Shown piece by piece: positions 38,881-51,779 of a DNA stretch of 64,000 bases. Source of the stretch: Octopus vulgaris (Eukaryota); the NCBI GenBank assembly GCA_951406725.2, contig OX597820.1:71610001-71674000 (forward strand), given 5' to 3'. Position 1 is the stretch's first letter. Every line of letters begins with the position of its first letter. A model generated the notes under the pieces. The model had not been told where the DNA came from and ran no database searches. It was given only the letters and a program-made list of their open reading frames with translations. Made by a program: the position numbers and the translations under genes.

Positions 38881-41800
38881 TTAGAGGCAAGGGAGAGCAG
38901 AGGTGGGTGACAAAGTAGTGATTATGATGGGATGAAGTTATATTTTAAAGTACTAGTGGATAACATGTTTTGGCTTGGGTTCATCTTGATGCTGACCTAT
39001 TTTATAGATGCAAATATACAATCATTCAGAGAAGTAAAAATATCTGATTTGAAAATTTTCAGATCTCAAGAATTTCAGATAAAGGATTGTTAATCTGTAT
39101 TATATACTGAGCAGTTTCATGATAAATTCTGTGTCTTTTCAGGAATATTAAGATATGCCATGAAAAGCACATTCATGTCATTATTGATTTTATATTCCTG
39201 AGTCAGTTTAACATTTCTTTAATGTATTTTTTTTTTGGGATTAATATTTTAGAGGTTTTCATATTAAAAAAAAAGTTGTTTCCTCACTCCTTTACTGTTA
39301 TCCTGATTGTTTTGCATTCTTCCCACAGATATATACATATACATACACGTGCATGCACACACACACACACACACAATATATATATATGTATATTATATGT
39401 ATGTATATAATATGTGTGTAAATATGCGTATATAAATATATATACACTTACATACAGACATACATACATACGCCCATGAATTTGCAGCCACATTTCTGCC
39501 TCACTTAAATACAGCTGATGAAATATGCATATGTTATATGTATAAATATAACTAAACATGTCTTGAATAAAAGTAATATACATGTATCTATTTTGTATTG
39601 TATATTTGAGATTCTTTAATTTCCATTACATGTTTTACATAGCTCCTAACAATTTAATATATTTGAATTTCTTATTGAGCACTTGAATAATAAATGCTTT
39701 GATTTTAGATGGTATAAGACTGTTTATTCCTTTGTTCATAAATTTTATGATATGCTGCTTATTTTAAATTATCTTCATTAAGTTCCAGCATCTATGCTGG
39801 TTTCCGTCAATGTTTTATTGTGGGTTTCTTTTCTATTGTTGATAAAATTTTAGATAAGTTCCTAATTTCTGAGTTCAGATGTTTCTTCACTTATTTTCGA
39901 TCAACTAAATATTTTAGCATTGGACATAAAATAGATGTTTGTGTGTCTATCATCTTGATAAGCATTGATAGCTTTCCTGATATTTCCCATATAATTCTTT
40001 GCAATTTTGCAGATTCTCTTTGTTTTCCTGCCATGTTAGTGCATACAGAATGGAAATATATAGACCACAGATTGTAAAAATCTGTGTAGAGAGTATATTA
40101 GTGAAAAAGAATATATTATTCTCAAGAATAAGACTGAACATCTAACAAAGTCTATGATATACCTATGGGAATCACCCTGTAAGGTCACATAGAATATTTG
40201 TGTTAAGGCTTTTTACATCAAAGTTAACCAACAACAAATTTGCTTCTTTTGTTTGGGGTAGATGATGCAAGAAATCCATGTAATTTTGCATGAAACTCAA
40301 TATGTAGGTATATGGTAGCCAACTACTTTACAGAGTGAGAGGCAGGAGTATTAAAAGCATGAATTTTAGAGATGAATGATAAGTAATTAGAGTAGTGTAT
40401 GAAAGAGTGGGTAGTATGTGATAGGAATATTTTTATATTCTGAGGTTCTGAGATACACACATACATTTGGGGTAATCTGTCCAAACAGTTAGAGTAGTGA
40501 CAAAAGGTAATGTAGTCCAGGAAATAATGTGAGGACAGAAGGAGAGCTGGGATGTGTGGGTAAAAAGGAGAAAGGGCATAATGGAATGAATAGGATTATG
40601 ACTAGCAGTACCAGAGGATGAAGGTAAATTATATTGGTTACGATAGGGCCAATATGCTCAGTTATATACAGACCTTGATACAAGTGGAAAAGTATATACT
40701 TCTATATGCATGTATATATGCATGTGTGTGTGTGTGTTAATTGATGGGAGGCTGAGTCATTATTAATCTTTTAAATTCATTCATTATGACTTATGAACAT
40801 ATCTTGATATATGAGGACTTGTATTTAATTTCTAACATTTTTTTTGAAAACTTTTAGCAATTTGGTTTTATTTAGTCTGTATTTTAACTTTTATGCGTTA
40901 ATGTTGTAAATTTGACAGTTTTGTAGTATTGTTAGTTACTGTTGGCTACATTTTGTGGTCTATTGTGCCCTGGCTCCAATCAATGAGCTAAACAGCTGTC
41001 AAAATCTATTCAATCATGATTATTTTTCTCATTGTCTGTCAGCACTAAGAACTCTGGTGAGTGAGTGCATTTTCTGCAGAATGAAGCATCTTATACTATA
41101 ACAGTCTCTGAAAACTTATGATATTCATTGTCATTGTCATTCTGAATAAAAATTACTTCTGTTATTATTTCTGCTATAGAAGTTAAAAAATTCTCAGACA
41201 ATCTGACATATATTTTTATGAACTTTTTACTTATTATTATTTTTATTTTATATATTACAACAGCTCCTCAGATACATACAATTAAAACTATTGATTTCAT
41301 TCAAAATAAGAGATAGTATTTAAGAGAAGGTTACTCTTTAGGTAGTTCCTAATGTAATTGATTTTAAAAGATTGTTTAATATTTTCATTTTGTGTCTACA
41401 ATTCTGGCATTACCCAAGTTATCAAAATACCAAATACCCTTCTTTTTAAAATCCATTCTTTTGTATCTCCTTTTTTGTGGCAGCATTTGAACATATATCT
41501 AGGCACACAACCAAGTTATAATTTTGAAAGCATCATACAAATTGTGTTCATGTATTCACAATTTCTTTGGTTATTCTAATACACAAGCTGTTGGTACACA
41601 TGAAAAAAAATTTTATTCTTTTTTTGTTTATATACAAAAAAAAAGAAAGAAATAATCTATCAGAACTCCTTCCAGAAAAAGTTATAAGCATCTTATGAAG
41701 AATAAGGCCAATAAAAGCTATCTTCCAGAAGAAAAATTCAGATTCATTATACAATCTTAATGTTAGAAAGATTCTTGTTTCTCATCAATAAACATCCATC

Positions 41801-42366
41801 ATTTACAATGTGCTTCCTATAAAATTAGCACCCTTCTTACGTGATCACAGCCAGGACCAAAACTCTACCAGGTTATTATTTTGTTTCCACATGGCTATTT
41901 GCAACAGTCTATTTTAAGACATTTTCCCAATATGGCCTGATATAGTTTGAAGTGAGAAACATTAATCTTATTTTCTCATGTGCCCTTTCTAAATAAAAGT
42001 ATTGCTTTTTTTCTATCTAATATCAGAAAAGAAGTAAGGTAAAAGATGTATATATAAACTCTATTCAACTTAGGAATATCTACAGTTTGGAAAGTATTGC
42101 ATTAATCTGCATAACAGAAGGTTTGAAATTTTGGCTTGTCATTTGAATATTTGAATTCTTCTATTATTTTAAAATGTAAATTCTTAAATATATCATGTCA
42201 GCCACTAAACCAGATTTGATATAAAAATTTTCCTTAATAGAAAATGTATCTCAAATTGAATACTTAACACTATTGTATATAAATACTATTTAATAGTTGA
42301 AATCATGTGAATGAAACAAACAATTATTTGACTTTGTTTTAATGGAGATAGAATAGTGGATTGACA

Positions 42367-42592
42367 TGAGCTGGCAGAAGCATTAGCATGCTGGGTGAAA
42401 TGCTTAGCAGTATTTCGTCTGCCATTACGTTCTGAGTTCAAATTCCGCTGAGGTCGACTTTGCCTTTCATCCTTTTGGAGTCGATACATTAAATACCTGT
42501 TACACACTGGGGTTGATGTAATCGACTTAATCTCTTTGTCTGTCCTTGTTTGTCCCCTCTATGTTTAGCCCCTTGTAGGCAATAAAGAAATA
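42367..42592 (+). mobile_element. SINE family B, full length, 17-bp TSD
   Basis: Head gagctggcagaagcattagc..gagttcaaattcc (B box); centre gtcgactttgcctttcatcct (resembles the Meta/Sauria-type domain, from recall); TSD agaatagtggattgaca at 42350-42366 and 42593-42609. Confidence 0.9.
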
Positions 42593-44643
42593 AGAATAGT
42601 GGATTGACAGCCTTATTAGAGTTTTGGGCAAAATATATTTCTGTATTTAGTCATGGTTCTTTATATTCTGCATTCAAACTTCTCCAAGTTCAACTATCCT
42701 TTCATAAGGCTTGGCTTAATATGATTAACTGTTCCCTTTTGGCAAATTTCTGAATGAAATAGATTTCAAATACTTTTAAAAATTATTTGGTTAAAAATAA
42801 ATGGTCAGTGACCATGCTGATGACATTCATGTACATCAGTGTTTTACTAGTGACATTGATGTACAGCTTAAATTTCTATAGCTTCATACCTAGAGAAAAA
42901 AAGTGTTGTAGTTATGGAGAGTAAATGTTTATAAAGTTTGGTAGTTCAAAATAGTAGCAGCAGTTGTAATAGCACTGGAAAGAAACAAAAAACAAAGACA
43001 TAGTACATCTGTGGGGTAGTGCTTGTTGTATGTTAGTGAGTGAAGATTTAGCACTCAGATGGCTTCTTTTAATGCAATTCAGACTGTGTATGGGTGCTAC
43101 TTTTTTGGTCCAAATTTTCATAATGCTTTTGGATAAATTAATATTCATAATAATATCTGTATATATTTAGTCTTGTTGTGAAGTTAGGTTTCATGAAAAA
43201 TATTTTTCAGCAGCTTTGAGTGGGATCAGAACTGATTGATTTCATTGTTCTTTATCAACTTATCAGGATCCATTTACTCTCCTTACCAAGATGCAGAGCA
43301 ATTGTTACATAAGACAAGTTAAAATTTAGATAAGTTTGCACCTAGTTCTCAGCTCATTTATAGATTAGCCCTAGGTTCATAGGCTGACAATAATCACTAG
43401 AATACCAGTATGACATGAACTACATATAAATACATAAATAAAGAATACATGGTGTTACGTTTTGATATGAAATTAAGCCATATTAGATATTCTTTGTAAG
43501 AAGTGGTGAGCAAATTCTGGTGAGTTGTTAAGTAACAATGAAACCAATCCTCATGCCAAACTATTTAAAAGGCTCTCTTGGTACCTAATTTCATCATCAT
43601 TCTCATCTTGTTGAACTTGCTCAGACAGATTTAACTGTGTACTTATTGTACTGTAAAAGTACTCTAGAAATAACCCCATTAAGTATGTTCGCAATTTCAT
43701 ATTTTTAAAAGAGGACCATATCTGGCATTAAGAAACCAAGTTGGGTGTGAATTAAAGCTTATATCATTTTTCTAGCAGTGTGTGACTAGTTACTGCTCAT
43801 ACTGTTGCGTTTCTTTTTGTTGTTATTTAAACTGAAGACTGGTAAAAAAGATGTAAGATAGTTATAGCCTCATATGCAGACAATTTAGCTAATAGGTTGT
43901 TCTGCTGTCAAACATGGTTAAAGACTTTGATCACAGAATGAACATTACTTTCAGCAAAGTGTTCAGGGATAAGAGACAGGTGAGCGAGTCTCCATTAGAA
44001 CTGGCTCTATGGAATTGATAATGGTGATTGCTGAAAAGTGAGATAGTTTCAAAGTAATAATGAAAGTGACTGTTTACTACTGTTTCATCGCTTTTGATAT
44101 TCTGTAAGTGAGGGCAATAAAATAATAATTAGCAGCATTAGTGTAGCAGAGAAGTTGCTTTCTTGGGAATGAGACACGGTGCAGCATGTTTGTGTAGATT
44201 GAAATATGTCCCTTGTGAGAGAAGGAGATTGACTGAAAGATTTGATTGTAAGACTGGAGTAAGAAGGAGAATTGGGGAGGAGTTTTGTTGTATGAGCAGT
44301 GTGAACTGAAAGCATAAATGGCAGATTTAAATTTGTGAGAGTGCACGTACAGAACCACCCTAGCTGAATACTGGCTAAAGAAAAGTTCTGCAAAATTTAT
44401 CGAGATTCTCTTGGTAATATGTGGATAGAGACCAGAAAGTTGTCAAAAATTTGAAAGTATCTTTTGTTTCCTTGATGTTTGTTTTGCAGTTATTATACAT
44501 ATCCCACCAATTAGATTGTGTAATTTGCTCAAGGTGCAGTGGATTGTATTCTTCATGTGGATAGTCAAAGTGCAACTACGAGTGAACAATCTGAGAATTT
44601 TGGAATTTGCAAGAGATTTTTGAGAGATGTAGAGTTATATAAA

Positions 44644-45950
44644 AAGGTGCATTCCAGAAATTTAGAAACTTTTTGTGGGTAGACATTTATTAATTGAAAG
44701 AAAGAGAGACAAGGCAATTATCTCCTTCTAAGTAGGATCCTTTGACTTCAATGCACTCATAACACTTCTGCCACTTTGTGAAGGCCCCATGAAGTCCTCC
44801 AAAGTGAAGGAGTCCAGGACCCTTGTCACTGCCTTCTTCATCTCAATGTCTTCAAAATTACTGTCCTTGAGATTCTCTTTCAGCTTGGAAAACAACCAAA
44901 AGACACAGGAAGCAAGGTATAGACTGCAGTGAGGGTGAGGAACAGATTTGATGTCCATTTCTGCCAAGTAATTGGTTACCATGATTAAATTGTTGACTGG
45001 AGCATTGTCCAGATACAGGTGCCACTGATACAAGTGGAAGAGCTTTATCCTTTTGCATCAAAATCTCTTCCTAAACTCTCTTAAAACCACCACAAAGTAC
45101 TCTTTATTGACTGTCTAGCCCAAGGCAACCCAGTGGGTGTATATGATGCCCTTACTGCCACAAAAGGGGGCCATCATGACGTCCCTGACACATTTGCTTT
45201 GCCCAGCCTTCTTGGGTCTGGGGGATCCAGGATGTTTCATTTGGTCACTCTGTTGTTTAGTCTCTGGATTATATAAATAAATCTAACATTCATCACAGGC
45301 CCTCAGAGACTCAAGTACTCATGAATTGGGGGTGATGAGCTCAACCATGTCCCTACAGTCACCAATGTTTCTTTCCTTCCATTCATCACTGAGCAGCCTG
45401 GAAACAAACTTTGCACAAATTTTTGCACATGTTCAGATCTTTATGAGTAATTTTGTGTACAGTTGTTCACTCCAACTCCAAACTGTATGCTTATTGTCTA
45501 CATTGTGGTCTTCATTTAGAAAATTGTAAATTTTCTCAACTAGCTCTGATGTCCCTCTCCCTCCCACATCTTTCATAATTTTTCACCTCCTCTCTACCAT
45601 CCTTCAACTACCCATGCAATTGAAAAACATCTGCTCAGCTTACAAAGATAATCCATAAACTGTCTGGAGTATTTCATAACTTTCTGGAGCTTTTTTGCTC
45701 AATTTAACTCAAAACTTTATTGCATAGTAAATTTCCCTACTGCCAGCTGAAAACTAATCAGCCCATGACAAGCAATGTTTAGTAGGGTTTGTTCAAAGTG
45801 TCGTTACAGCTGTCTTCTTCGATCTTGAATAACAAAAGTAGGCAGGTCAGCTTATTACATATGTTGTAATAATGTACTAAAATTACAATAATCCAGGTCA
45901 GTTATAAGTACCTCTCCTAAAACGTCTCAAAAGTTTTGAAATACACCTTG
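44644..45950 (-). mobile_element. mariner (DD34D) transposon, full-length fossil ~1.3 kb
   Basis: ORF 44728-45033 ..LDNAPV..PHPHCSLYLASCVFWLFSKLK has 34 residues from D to the mutated third D; imperfect TIRs aaggtgcattccagaaattt / aaagttttgaaatacacctt. Confidence 0.85.
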
Positions 45951-48348
45951 CACTTAGGAGCATGGTATCAGATGGATCAAAGATAAAGCATTTGTGATTC
46001 TGATGACATTTATTATAAAATAGGTGGAGAAACTCTGACTGGTGATCTAATTTAAAAATTTAGAAGAGGTAAGATGTGTTAGTGCATGACTGGAGGACTT
46101 TGGAGGAGGATGCTTTGATTAGGTAGTGATCAGATTATCTATTTTTGGAAAAAAAGTTAACTTGGAGAAATGAATAAAAATTGGTCAGAGAATTTTTACA
46201 TTGGTTTTGGATGTGGTTAACCAGTGCAGACAGTTCAAGAAGACAACTGATTAAATTCTTCCATTAGCAACAACTGTGTTGAGGAATTAATGCATGACAA
46301 AGATGAAATGTGTGCACTGACCAAGGGTTATGATTTCAAAGAGAAGCAACTTGTAATAGATTTCTGCTTTGAGCAACAGCTAATTGTTAGAGGAATTTGG
46401 AAATAGAGATAACATGTTAAGTCAGAAAAATAGGGAGAAGAAACATTGAATCTGTGTAACTGCAAGTATTTGCTGCTTAGGTTCATCTGAGAGATTTTGA
46501 TGAGTAGTTGAGAGTTGATTCTACATAAGGACAGATATTGCTTTCCATTAACTGCTGTGTTGTTTCTTTTGAGTAGCCTATATGGAAATCGGTAGTTTTG
46601 GTTGAGTTTGTGAAAATGGTATGCTCATCAGGAATAATGAGTTGGAGGAGAAGGGGATACAGCATTATGTGTCAGCTAGTAGGACAGTTGCTCAAGGCAC
46701 TCAAAAACTACCAGAACTACTACTACCGGCTTCATCTTGCTGTTGCTTATGTAAAATATTTTGGAAGACATTCACTTTTAAAATACTTGTTCTAATAATT
46801 CAAATTAATCACGGCATAATACCATTGAATGAGTTACTATAAAAATAGAAACCATGGCTTCAAATCACATCCTACCATCTTTAAAAACAAATGGATGCAT
46901 TGGATAATGTATTCCAAGAGCCTCTGTCCTCTGTCTGAACAAAAAAAATTAGGACAACCATAACTGGGATGCATTTGAGCATAGATCTGTCTGTTTGACT
47001 GAGGAATATTTAGTAGTAAATAATATCGATTGCAGCAAATGCATAATGCAAATGTAAGCTATTGCACTGAAAGAAAATCTCAGTTACTTTTATTCTAATG
47101 TATAAATATATATAATAAATATATTGATTTAAATGTTTTAAAGATCATGTGTGAAAATAAATTATTTATATTTGTGTAAAATAAGAGTAAATTGTTTGAA
47201 ATCATTCTTTGTTTGTGAATGATGTTCATCTCTAAATAAAAGATAGTAAACATATTTATTTGATCTGTTCTTCAATATTTCCATTATTGTTTCATAAATT
47301 TCAAAGCTGTCATTTACCTTATTTATAACCACTTAGGTGATGAATTAGCAGAGAGCTTTAGGTAAAAAGCTTATGATATATAGATGCAGCTCTTTCCATT
47401 CTGAGTCTAAATCCTCTTAAGATCAGCTTTGCCTTTCAACAGTCTAGGGTGAGTAAAATAAAGTGCCAAGATGTACTGAGTGGAGTCTATTTAATATTCC
47501 TATAAACTATTTCAGATGAAAATACAGCTATTATAGAAAGCTTAGAAGACTTTAATTTTATGCTTATGATGAAGCCTTAAAAAATGTGTACCACTGTTTG
47601 AGATGGTAGAGCTCTTAAAACCACTAAATGCAGTAATCATTTTCCTTTCTTTTTCTATAATATATCCATATTCCTGATAAAATAAGCTTTATAAAGATTC
47701 GATTTGATTGAATAGGTCTCTTCTTTATAATTTTTTAATCTTGTATCAGTCTGAGCAATCGTTGCTACTACCGGAAAATAGAAATGCAGTAGTTTATGTA
47801 AGTGTGAAGTGGAGTCAATTGCATCTGATTAGTTCACTTGTGATATGATTTTTATTTAAAAACTTTTACAGAAATATTAATTGTTGGCAGGAACACAGTA
47901 TTTTTGTTTTGTAATTATAATATACACTACTAAATATATCAAAGCTTTACAAGCTAATATTATATCTTATTTTTGTGTTAGCAGTGTGATGTTCTCATTT
48001 TCTAAGTTTATATCTACAAGTTCTTTTTTGTGGAATTCAGAAGCAGCACTAAAAGTTACAAAGTTTTGTATGTAAATATGTTTATGCAAGCGATGTGATC
48101 AAAGGTAGAAAAAATTGGTAATGGGTGTATATGCATATTTCAAGAGTAATTGCACTTTCATCAGCACCACATCCAACCTGTCAACTATCCACAAACATAT
48201 TCCTTAAATTTCCACTAAGTTTAGCAGTGTAACACTGTTGTAACAAATTATAAACTATCCATGTAATGTTCTCGTTTAATGCCCCTGTGGCAAGTAAAAG
48301 AAACTGTTATTGTTGTTGTCATCATTGAGCTGGCAGAATTGTTAGCAT

Positions 48349-48477
48349 GCCACCACACATTCTGCATTTGTCACTGTCATTAGTGTTGTCTTCTCTGCAC
48401 TTCACATAGTTGGTCCTTAATGCTTGTTCTTGAGCTGCACATATGAGTGCTTCTATCTCTATCTTCAGGTCACTCCT
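48349..48477 (-). mobile_element. R4/Dong-type (RLE) LINE fragment next to (TTA)n
   Basis: Stop-free translation RSDLKIEIEALICAAQEQALRTNYVKCREDNTNDSDKCRMCGG matches the ETEGLI.AAQDQAL.T..CR.C motif that precedes the CCHC finger. Confidence 0.75.
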
Positions 48478-48767
48478 ATTATTATTATTATTATTATTGT
48501 TGTTGTTGCTATTGTCGTTATTATTTACAATGGCTTCTGCACAACTTCTACCAAATTCTACTCATGATAGTGAAACAAACTTAACCACTCAATGATGCCT
48601 GTACCTATGCTCACTTTATTCATAACTGTGCTGGCATTTTATATTCGATATGATCTTAAAATTTTACTATATAGTACTTTAGCAATTCATATGGGACAGA
48701 GATAGTAAGTCTTTTCCCTCAGTTCAACTCCCTATCTCTGCTGAGAGGTCTTTGTCTTGCAAGCTAC

Positions 48768-48963
48768 TTGAAGACCCCACTGGTACTACATAAAAAGCAG
48801 CCAATACACTCTGTAAAGTGGTTGATATTAGGAAGGGCATCCATCTCTAGAAACTATGCTAAAACAGACAAATGGGGCCTGGTGTGGCTCCCTGCCTTGC
48901 TGGCCCCTGCCAAACCATCCAACTCATGCCAGCATAGAAAATGGACATTAAATGATAATGATG
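48768..48963 (+). mobile_element. RTE tail fragment
   Basis: ..cataaaaagca..ctgtaaagtggttgatattaggaagggcatcc..ggacattaaatgataatgatg. Confidence 0.7.
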
Positions 48964-49406
48964 TTTCCATTAAGCATAGTGTTTTTGTTTTTCTCTTATT
49001 CAGCATAGCCAAGCACACCCGTAAGTATGAAGCATAAATATTTAGTATTGATGAGAAATTAGGTCTGTGATTAGATCATAGGTATTTTCTTGCAGTTTGG
49101 AATGAAAATCAAACTGGCTAGTTTCACTGTACTTTATTACTCATCAGGATTCACTCACCCCTCTCTACAAAAGCTGCTGAATTTAAAGCTACTTAATAAA
49201 ATTTAAACAAGATTGTATCAAGTAAGTCTTATTTACACAATGATACTTAAAAAATGTAGGTCTCTGCTAACCGACGTTTGGCAATTTTAACTGGAAAGAA
49301 AATATAAACCAAGTCCTCCATGTCATAAGAAATGAGAAAAATCAACTCAGATCAATCCTTATTCCAGGTTGGTGAATACACTCACACACACACACACACA
49401 TACACA

Positions 49407-50245
49407 CAAGGTGCGATGGGTAAACTGTCGTCATGTAATATTTTTAATTTCACACATGCACATAGATTGTTTTTGATTTTGTTGACTACACAGTAGAGTA
49501 TGGTCAGTTGGGCATCGTCTGGGAGAAAAACCGTAACATGACACAATTCACTCTGCCAGACATTTGGACATGACATGCTGTACTGCTTGGCATTCTCATC
49601 AGAAGTGATAAAAATCGTGCTGAGTGTGATAAAAATCAAACATCCATTCAATATCATGGTGTTTAGAGTGATCACTAGTGATAGCGATGTTATACCTCCA
49701 TTCATCTTCTCACCCGGCCTCACACTCAACACAGAGGCTTACATCAAGTGCCTGGAGAAGGAAGTGATGCCCAGGGTCAAGAGGGTGGCAGCTGGAAGAC
49801 CCTATGTCTGGCAATAGGACTCTGCACCATTCCACACAAGCACGAGAACCCAATCATGGCTGTCAGACAATTTCTGCGACCACATCACCCCTAGCATTTG
49901 GCCACCCTACTCCCCAGACTGCAACCCCCTTGATTATTATATGTGAGGCACAGTTGAGTGAGAGGTCAACAAAACTCCTTGTAACACTAAAGTTGAACTG
50001 AAGGCAAGGATTATGGCAGCATTCACCAACTTAAACAAGGAGACTGTCCCGAAGAGCTGCAGGAGATTCTGAAGTCATCTGGAGACCGTTATTGAAGCCT
50101 ATGGCGATTTTATTGTATAAATTTGCTCTTTAGTATTTTAAGATATCTTTATATAATTTTGGTAAATATATCTCTTAAAATGAGAAGTCAGTGTCATTTT
50201 CCTTTTTGCATAATTTAGACAATTGTTTATTCACCGAACTCTGCA
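49407..50245 (+). mobile_element. Tc1/mariner DD37D (maT) transposon, internally deleted
   Basis: WQ*D-SAPFHTSTRTQSWLSDNFCDHITPSIWPPYSPDCNPL-DYY has exactly 37 residues between the aspartates; imperfect TIRs caaggtgcgatgggtaaac / gtttattcaccgaactctg. Confidence 0.9.
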
Positions 50246-50845
50246 TATATAAGATGAATGTATTTAAGCACAAGATCTAATTTCACTGAAACTAAATACA
50301 TATGTATATGACTCCATGCTTAAACATAACTCATACTGTAGTAGTTACCTTAGTTATAATATCAGTATATAAGAAGTTTGGTCCAATACATACATTATAC
50401 ATTCAATTAAAATTATTTGAACATTTAACCGAAAAATTTCTATATTGGTTATTATTCATGATATCTTTTGGTTTATGTAATTGTCTATTCTTTGCCATTA
50501 ACAAATTCAATTCATAATAATTTGTTTGCTATTAATTTAATTTCTAACATAAAAAAAAAACTAATAACCCATTCATAGAAAATGATTACTTTTGATTACA
50601 ACAATTTAATTTTCTGTATATTCATGTAAAAAGATCACATTCAAAATGCCATGTGTCTATATATGAATATAGAGAAAAGAAGTTAATATTAATTGAGGTA
50701 TCATGAATAAAATATAAAAATTTAGTTAACATTAAAAAAAAATGTAGAAATATTTACAAGTTTTAGACAAGAATGAAAATGTTATTTCTTGCTTTTGGGA
50801 AACATTATATTGAGCATTCTTCTAAAAGCAGTTTAATGTGCAAAG

Positions 50846-50901
<56 letters not shown>

Positions 50902-51779
50902 TATATATATATTCAGTTTTTGTTTTGTAGAAAGTTTCCTTAAGCAAACTTTTTTTATAAAATAATATGGCTAATTTCGTGTCATCACCACCACCATCAT
51001 CATCATGTGATGTAGATCTCCAAGGTACATTCTCTTTTACATAATTTTTAGCTTCATAATTTGAATAATCATTTAGTAAATTACCTATCAAGATAATATA
51101 GGAAAAGAATTTTTCCTGTAAAATAGATGACAAAGTTTATTTTCTTTAATGTACATAATTTAATACTTAAAAATTTCTTTAATGGCTACATTTTTAATGA
51201 AAATTCCTGAGCTGTTTTCTATATTTCTCTTATACACACTTATGTATATATTTATTATGTCTTTCACCAAGTTACAAGTTAAGATGCTTGCTGTGGTATT
51301 TGACATTTTGTGGCAACCTCTTTTTTCATGTTTTTGGTATGTTTCAAAGTTTATTTCTGTAATCCCTCTGATAATGCAAAACATTGTGATCAACAGAGAA
51401 GGAAAACGTATGTGGGTGTAGATGTAAATGTTTAGTTCAATAGCTAGTTGTATGCATCTGAGAGTTTCTCTATTAACATCACCCACACACATAGATGCAC
51501 ACACATATTTGTGTAGTTATGTAAGTATTTGCATCTGAAGTTTCCCCACAAACTTGACTCTCCAAGTCATGTAAGAGCCAACAAGGTTTACAAATTTGTA
51601 TGTATATTGTGTCAATTTATGAGTCAGTATGCTTGTGTATCAGGTAGGTGTGTGTGTGTATTTGTAATATTTGGTATAAATGCAAAAAGTAAGAAATAGG
51701 TACGTAAAAGTGAAATGCAATAAGTTAGCTGATTCATGAGAAAAAATCAGGTAAGGAAATAAAGTAGTCGGCCATGAAG

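Larger units (their letters stand above)
32039..39097 (+). mobile_element. pogo/Tigger (CENP-B-like) DNA transposon fossil with nested insertions
   Basis: Right TIR ttcagataaaggattgttaatctg+TA ends at 39097. The left TIR is split as cagattatcctttat (32039) / tctgaaa (33941). Transposase relics: ATG 34224 (MSK..PVGNSE); 36444-36668 (..NCEYSESLLQQLKKRHSIKYL..HKAAKKFID); about 36730-36900 (..FANTA..CFKEMKMLPVHCYINKGVWITKG). Confidence 0.8.

Noticed and set aside
39780-40680. Minus-strand protein-like stretches
   Set aside because: Stops in all frames and no recognisable motif; probably old retroelement debris.
43940-46700. Purine-rich flanks of the mariner as one LINE fossil
   Set aside because: The strand bias is suggestive, but I could not read a diagnostic RT or endonuclease motif.
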